A DNA stretch of 32,000 bases, taken from Verrucomicrobiota bacterium. Its GTDB lineage: Bacteria; Verrucomicrobiota; Verrucomicrobiia; Chthoniobacterales; UBA6821. The first letter of the stretch is position 1; every line of letters starts with the position of its first letter. Positions 27,028 through 32,000 of this stretch are shown one piece after another. The position numbers were made by a program, and so were the translations under genes. The DNA lies in the NCBI GenBank assembly GCA_008932965.1, contig WBXG01000014.1, forward strand, positions 1-32,000, in the 5' to 3' direction. The notes beneath the pieces were generated by a model. The model was not told the origin of the DNA and did no database searches. It was given only the letters and a program-made list of their open reading frames with translations.

Positions 27028-27085
27028 TCCATAGCTCCTCATCATTACGATCAGTATGAAACATCCAGGTTGACCCGGATATTTC
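27028..27085. repeat. Back-to-back MITE terminal remnants (an inverted left-type end abutting a direct left-type end)
   Basis: 27037..27070 'CCTCATCATTACGATCAGTATGAAACATCCAGGT' is the reverse complement of the family left end 'ACCCGGATATTTCATACTGATCGTGACGAGGAGG', about 30/34 by eye. After 'TG', 27073..27085 'ACCCGGATATTTC' is a direct left end that stops after 13 nt. Confidence 0.6.
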
Positions 27086-27113
27086 TATTTTTTTCTATCC
27101 TCGAAATTTCTCT

Positions 27114-28208
27114 ATGGCTACACTTTCAGATTTTCTTATGACCTCCTCTATTCAACTTTTTATTCCTGGTCCTGTGAATGTTTCTCAAAAAACCAGAAAT
27201 GCTTTTTCAAGACCGATGATAGGACATCGTGGTAATGATTTTAAAAAACTCTATGCCTCCTGCCAGCCACGCCTTCAAGCGCTTTTTCAAACCGAGCGGC
27301 CTGTCTATATTTCTACCTCCTCGGCATGGGGAGTGATGGAAGGGGCATTGCGTAATCTAGTTCAAGGAAAGGTGCTCCATTGTATGAATGGGGCTTTTTC
27401 TGATAAATGGTTTGATGTGGCAGAACGTTGTGGGTATCACGCAGAGAAGCTACAGGTAGATTGGGGAAACCCTATCACTCCTGAACTCTTAAGAGCTCGT
27501 TTAGAACAAGGGGATATTGATCTTGTCACTTTAATCCATAATGAAACCTCCACTGGTGTCTTAAGCTCCTTAAAAGAGCTCGCTGAGGTGATGAAGCAAT
27601 TCCCAAATATCTTTTTTGTTGTAGATACTGTTTCATCTTTTTCTACGATCCCTATCTCGATGGATGAACTTGGAATTGATGTGATGTTAACAGGAAGTCA
27701 AAAGGCATTAGCACTTCCTCCAGGGTTGGCACTTTTTTCGGTTTCTCAAAAAGCAATGGAACGTGCAGCAAAAATCAAGGGTAGAGGCTACTATTTCGAT
27801 TTCCTCGAATTTCAAAAAAATCATGAAGGGGATATGACCCCAAGCACTCCTTCTATTGGACATATCTATGCTTTACAATCGAAGCTTGATGATATTTTTG
27901 AAGAAGGGATCCACGAACGCTATGCCCGTCATGCGCGGACTAATAAGCTCGTTCACGATTGGGTCAAGCACCATGGATTCGAATTTTTTGCCCCGGAAGG
28001 ATACCGCTCTTTATCACTGACCTGTGTTAAAAATAACAAAGAGGTCGATGTGGCTGCATGGATTGCCCGTCTCAAAGAAAAATATCATACGATTATTGAT
28101 GGGGGTTATGGAAAGATCAAAGGGACCACTTTCCGTATTTCTAACATGGGAGATGAGACCGAGGAGACGGTATCTCAGCTTCTCTCTTGGCTTGATGATG
28201 TGAGGTAG
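27114..28208 (+). CDS. Class-V pyridoxal-phosphate aminotransferase (serine-glyoxylate / alanine-glyoxylate / serine-pyruvate aminotransferase-like)
   Basis: 364-aa ORF. 'IPGPVNVS', 'HNETSTGV', 'VDTVSS', and the PLP-lysine motif 'GSQKALALPPGLA', which is typical of the AGXT-type class V fold. Confidence 0.8.
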   Translation: MATLSDFLMTSSIQLFIPGPVNVSQKTRNAFSRPMIGHRGNDFKKLYASCQPRLQALFQTERPVYISTSSAWGVMEGALRNLVQGKVLHCMNGAFSDKWFDVAERCGYHAEKLQVDWGNPITPELLRARLEQGDIDLVTLIHNETSTGVLSSLKELAEVMKQFPNIFFVVDTVSSFSTIPISMDELGIDVMLTGSQKALALPPGLALFSVSQKAMERAAKIKGRGYYFDFLEFQKNHEGDMTPSTPSIGHIYALQSKLDDIFEEGIHERYARHARTNKLVHDWVKHHGFEFFAPEGYRSLSLTCVKNNKEVDVAAWIARLKEKYHTIIDGGYGKIKGTTFRISNMGDETEETVSQLLSWLDDVR

Positions 28209-28287
28209 AGGCTGCCACAGCTACCATCTTTACACCTGCTTTCCGCTTGCTCCTCTTGACTCTAGCCTATAGCCTCCAGGCTTCTTT

Positions 28288-31008
28288 ATGAGTTACCGAG
28301 ATACTGTTTCTTTGCCCAAAACCGATTTTCCGATGCGTGCCGGTCTTGCTACCCGAGAACCAGAATTACTAGCCCGCTGGAGTCAAGAGAATCTCTATGA
28401 GCGTATTATTGAGTCGCGTCAGGGACGACCTCGCTACCTACTTCATGACGGTCCTCCCTTTGCTAATGGAAAAGTTCATATGGGAACAGCGCTTAATAAA
28501 GTGCTCAAAGATTTCGTCATTAAGTCAAAAACGATGGCTGGTTTTCAGGCTCCTTTCGTTCCAGGCTGGGATTGTCATGGGCTGCCTATTGAATTCAAAG
28601 TTGTACAATCCTCTCGGGGGCTGACCCCTCTTCAAATTCGAGAACAATCAGAAGCCTACGCGAGAAAATTTATCACTATTCAACGTGATGATTTCAAGCG
28701 GCTCGGTGTCTTTGGAGATTGGGAAAATCCCTACCTCACCTTGGATCCTGCATATGAAGCTAGCGTGATTCATTCTTTTGGAAAGATTGTTAAAAAAGGA
28801 CTTGTTTATCGGAGTAAGAAGCCGGTGCATTGGAGCACGGGAGCTCAAACCGCTCTAGCAGAGGCTGAAATCGAGTACCAAGAAAAAATCTCCCCTGCTA
28901 TCTATGTTGCATTTCCTCTCAAGAATGAAAATCTAGAAAATGTCAGCGTCATTATTTGGACAACAACGCCTTGGACACTGCCTGCCAATGTGGCTGTAGC
29001 CCTCAATGCTGATGCAACTTACGTGATTCTTCATACCAAGAACAAAAAAGGTTCTGAAAGAAAATATTTAGTAGCAGAAAAACTCGTCGATAAAATCTGT
29101 GAAGCATGTGCACTAGAAAAAATCTCCCTTCATGAGACCTTCTTGGGCTCTCAACTAGCAGGAATGCAAGTAGAGCATCCTTTCCTACCACGCACAGCTA
29201 CTCTCTTTTGTGGAGATTTTGTCACTTTGGATACTGGAACAGGACTTGTCCATATTGCTCCTGGGCATGGAGAAGATGACTACTCCTTAGGAATCAAAAA
29301 CAATTTACCCATTTTATCCCCTGTGGACGATGATGGCTGTTTTACCGAGGAATGCGGTCTTACTGAACTCGTCGGCAAGCAGGTCTTTGCTGGAAATCAA
29401 CTCATTATCGATCTACTTGAGGCTCGAGGTCTCTTACTTGGACATAAAGAATATACTCATAGTTATCCTCATTGCTGGCGCTCTAAAACACCGATTCTCT
29501 TTCGTGCTGTGGAGCAATTTTTTATTAGCATTTCCAAACTTCGAGAAAGTGCTCTTAGTGCCATTGATGAGGTCTCGTGGCTTCCTCATTGGGGACGCAA
29601 CCGTATACGAGGAACGGTCGAAAACCGTCCCGACTGGTGTATCTCGCGCCAACGCTCCTGGGGTGTTCCGTTACCTGTTTTTTACGATGAGAAAAATCAA
29701 CCAATCCTAGATCCCCTCATCATTGCCAATGTTGCCAAGGTCATCGAAGAGCATGGTTCCAATGCCTGGTTCTCTTTGGATGACCCAACCTGGTGTCGCC
29801 TTGCAGGAGCACCTGTTGGATCAACACGCCGTTTTGATACGCTGGATGTTTGGATTGATAGCGGGGTGAGTCATGAAGCTGTTTTGCGAGCACGACCTGA
29901 GTTGCAATTTCCAGCAGATCTTTATTTAGAAGCCACTGATCAGCATCGAGGCTGGTTTCAATCCTCACTCATGACCTCCATAGCACTTCATGGCGTTGCT
30001 CCCTACAAGAGTGTCTTGACCCATGGGTATGTCGTCGATGTCGACACACGTCAGAAGATTTCTAAATCCAATCAAGGAACACCTGGATATCAAAAACCGA
30101 CTGAAGTAGACCATTTTATCAAGACCTACGGAGCAGATATTGTTCGTCTCTGGGCAAGTAGTATTCAAATCACCGATGATGTCCCCTTTTCTGAAGAAAT
30201 TTTTGCACGTGTGACCGATTCCTATCGTCGCCTGCGTAACACACTGCGAATCCTTCTAGGGAACCTTGCTGGATATGATCCTCACGCAAGTACACCCACA
30301 CCAACGGGCATCGACTTATGGATTCTAGGACGTTTGCAGCAGGTGGTTAATATATGCCGTTCTGCATATGATGAATTCTCATTTCAACGTGTCTTCCATA
30401 CGATTAATCAATTTTGTACGGTCGATTTGAGCAGTCACTATATTGATGCGACCAAAGATCGCCTTTACTGCGACTCACCAAATTCAAACCGACGTCGCTC
30501 CACCCAGGCGACCATGGCCCATATCTTTGAAACCTTAACACGCTTGCTAGCACCGATTTTGGTTTTCACTGCTGAAGAGGCCTGGGGCTACTATCGGCCA
30601 GGAAGCTCCATTCATGTAGAATACTTTCCAGAAGTCGTAGAGGTCGATGAAGAGCTACTCAAGCGCTACGAAAAACTGTTTCTCCTGCGCGGCCAGGTTG
30701 CTCAAGCTCTCGAAAAAGCACAGAATGATCATCTCATTTCCAATCCTTTGGAAGCAAAAGTAATTGTAACAACAGAAGATACTTTGATTTTACAAAGCAC
30801 TGGGACTTCTGCAGGCCTCTCAGAAGCAGAAGAGCTTTTTATCTTGAGTTATCTTGAGGTAGTGCAGGGTCCAGAAATGATTCGTATTGAAAAAACGACC
30901 ACTCAGAAATGTGAGCGCTGCTGGCGTCATCGTAATGATGTGGGGAACCATCATGAGCATCCGACGTTATGTGGACGCTGCTCAACAGTGATGAGTGAGA
31001 GAATCTGA
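28288..31008 (+). CDS. ileS: Isoleucyl-tRNA synthetase (bacterial type 1 with C-terminal zinc-binding domain)
   Basis: 906-aa ORF. HIGH motif 'PPFANGKVHMGTAL', KMSKS motif 'KISKS', CP1 editing region 'TTTPWTLPAN', and C-terminal 'CERCWRH...CGRC'. Confidence 0.96.
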   Translation: MSYRDTVSLPKTDFPMRAGLATREPELLARWSQENLYERIIESRQGRPRYLLHDGPPFANGKVHMGTALNKVLKDFVIKSKTMAGFQAPFVPGWDCHGLPIEFKVVQSSRGLTPLQIREQSEAYARKFITIQRDDFKRLGVFGDWENPYLTLDPAYEASVIHSFGKIVKKGLVYRSKKPVHWSTGAQTALAEAEIEYQEKISPAIYVAFPLKNENLENVSVIIWTTTPWTLPANVAVALNADATYVILHTKNKKGSERKYLVAEKLVDKICEACALEKISLHETFLGSQLAGMQVEHPFLPRTATLFCGDFVTLDTGTGLVHIAPGHGEDDYSLGIKNNLPILSPVDDDGCFTEECGLTELVGKQVFAGNQLIIDLLEARGLLLGHKEYTHSYPHCWRSKTPILFRAVEQFFISISKLRESALSAIDEVSWLPHWGRNRIRGTVENRPDWCISRQRSWGVPLPVFYDEKNQPILDPLIIANVAKVIEEHGSNAWFSLDDPTWCRLAGAPVGSTRRFDTLDVWIDSGVSHEAVLRARPELQFPADLYLEATDQHRGWFQSSLMTSIALHGVAPYKSVLTHGYVVDVDTRQKISKSNQGTPGYQKPTEVDHFIKTYGADIVRLWASSIQITDDVPFSEEIFARVTDSYRRLRNTLRILLGNLAGYDPHASTPTPTGIDLWILGRLQQVVNICRSAYDEFSFQRVFHTINQFCTVDLSSHYIDATKDRLYCDSPNSNRRRSTQATMAHIFETLTRLLAPILVFTAEEAWGYYRPGSSIHVEYFPEVVEVDEELLKRYEKLFLLRGQVAQALEKAQNDHLISNPLEAKVIVTTEDTLILQSTGTSAGLSEAEELFILSYLEVVQGPEMIRIEKTTTQKCERCWRHRNDVGNHHEHPTLCGRCSTVMSERI

Positions 31009-31019
31009 AGCATTTCTTC

Positions 31020-31886
31020 ATGAAGACAGAGAGCTTTTTTCTTCTCAAGCTTCAGGCTCCCGATCGCATCGGTCTACTTGCCTCCATTACAAACCTTATC
31101 GCAAAGCATCAGGGAAACTTAGTAGAGGTGCAACAGTATACGAGCACGCTTGATAAGGTATTTTTTGGACGTCTTGCTTTTGAAATTTCAGGACTCGACA
31201 AAATTGAAGAACTCAAAAAAAATATCTCTCTTCTCGCACAAGAGATAGAAGCTCAATGGACATTACGAGATCAGAGTGTTCCATTAAAGACAATCTTGCT
31301 TGTGAGTAAAACAAACCACTGTCTTGCCGATCTTCTTTGGCGCTGGCGATCTCAAGAACTCAACATCGCCATTCAATCTGTGATTTCTAATCATGAGGAT
31401 TTACGCTCCGAAGTCGAACGCGAAGGATTACCTTTTCATTATTTCCCAATCCCCCAGGAAGCCGCACTAAAAGAACAAGCCTTACAACAGATGGCGGCCA
31501 TGATTCGTCGTGAATCGGCAGAACTTCTTGTGATGTGCCGCTACATGCAAGTGCTCCCTGCATGGTTGTGTGAAGAGTATAAAAATCGAATTATCAATAT
31601 TCATCATTCCCTTTTACCAGCCTTTGTGGGAGCAGATCCTTACAGACAGGCCTACAATCGAGGAGTGAAGCTCATTGGAGCAACATGCCATTATGCTACC
31701 GAGCAGCTTGATGCAGGCCCCATCATTCATCAAGAGATGCTTCGAATAGAACATTTCCATTCGTTAAATGATATACGACGCCTCGGTCGTGATTGTGAAA
31801 AACTAGCACTAGCACGAGGAATTCGTTTTCATGCCGATGACCGTGTTCTTGTTTACGATGGGCGATCTATCGTGTTTGGAGATTAA
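31020..31886 (+). CDS. purU: Formyltetrahydrofolate deformylase
   Basis: 288-aa ORF. N-terminal ACT domain 'LKLQAPDRIGLLASITNLIA' and formyltransferase core 'IINIHHSLLPAFVGADPYRQA' and 'GVKLIGATCHYATEQLDAGPII'. Confidence 0.93.
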   Translation: MKTESFFLLKLQAPDRIGLLASITNLIAKHQGNLVEVQQYTSTLDKVFFGRLAFEISGLDKIEELKKNISLLAQEIEAQWTLRDQSVPLKTILLVSKTNHCLADLLWRWRSQELNIAIQSVISNHEDLRSEVEREGLPFHYFPIPQEAALKEQALQQMAAMIRRESAELLVMCRYMQVLPAWLCEEYKNRIINIHHSLLPAFVGADPYRQAYNRGVKLIGATCHYATEQLDAGPIIHQEMLRIEHFHSLNDIRRLGRDCEKLALARGIRFHADDRVLVYDGRSIVFGD

Positions 31887-31934
31887 GTAAAATGGTAGAC
31901 TCGATCATAATAATAGAGCCTCCTATATTCTCCT

Positions 31935-31983
31935 TCATTCTGACCGGCCCCTCACGACCAATCAGTATCAAATATCCGGGGGC
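31935..31983 (-). mobile_element. MITE-like repeat, truncated copy in inverted orientation
   Basis: 'CCCCTCACGACCAATCAGTATCAAATATCCGGGGGC|TA-A' matches the reverse complement of the family left end 'GCCCGGATATTTCATACTGATCGTGACGAGGAGG'. I recognise no element sequence further upstream. Confidence 0.6.
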
Positions 31984-32000
31984 TAATCCCTCTCTTCTTC

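Noticed and set aside
1-32000. The possibility that the recurring sequence is a CRISPR array or another tandem repeat
   Set aside because: Copies are 140-270 bp and dispersed kilobases apart, in different contexts and orientations. They have inverted-repeat ends rather than being short direct repeats with regular spacers, and no cas genes are present.

Overview
This 32 kb window comes from a moderately AT-rich bacterial chromosome, and I cannot assign the organism from sequence alone. Most of it is tightly packed housekeeping genes. On the + strand: icd, carB, a secreted FGE-sulfatase-domain protein, tatA, an SDR epimerase, a secreted TPR protein, a class-V aminotransferase, ileS and purU. 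On the - strand there is a 12.9 kb co-directional block: tRNA-Ser(GCU), uvrA, a complete hisG-D-C-B-H-A-F-IE operon, rplI and dnaB. A 743-aa orphan protein also lies on the - strand.

The gene list does not explain a dispersed family of short (about 140-270 bp) repeats with terminal inverted repeats. The ends read 'GCCCGGATATTTCATACTGATCG ... GATCAGTATGAAATATGCGGGC', and every full copy is flanked by TA, usually regenerating CTAG. I found about ten copies or remnants, roughly one per 3 kb. They sit at almost every junction between transcription units and often touch stop codons.

One 178-bp copy lies inside hisD. It adds exactly 60 in-frame, stop-free codons to an otherwise intact gene. This looks like a MITE family with IS630/Tc1-mariner-type TA/CTAG targeting that can be carried inside coding sequence, as Rickettsia palindromic elements are. 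No transposase is present in the window.

Secondary observations:
- UvrA lacks the insertion domain between its second pair of zinc-binding CxxC motifs.
- HisC has an insertion of about 45 aa, and HisIE has an N-terminal extension.
- The orphan 743-aa protein has a central glycine-zipper hydrophobic hairpin.
- I saw no Shine-Dalgarno sequence upstream of the start codons I inspected.

All alignments were done by eye.
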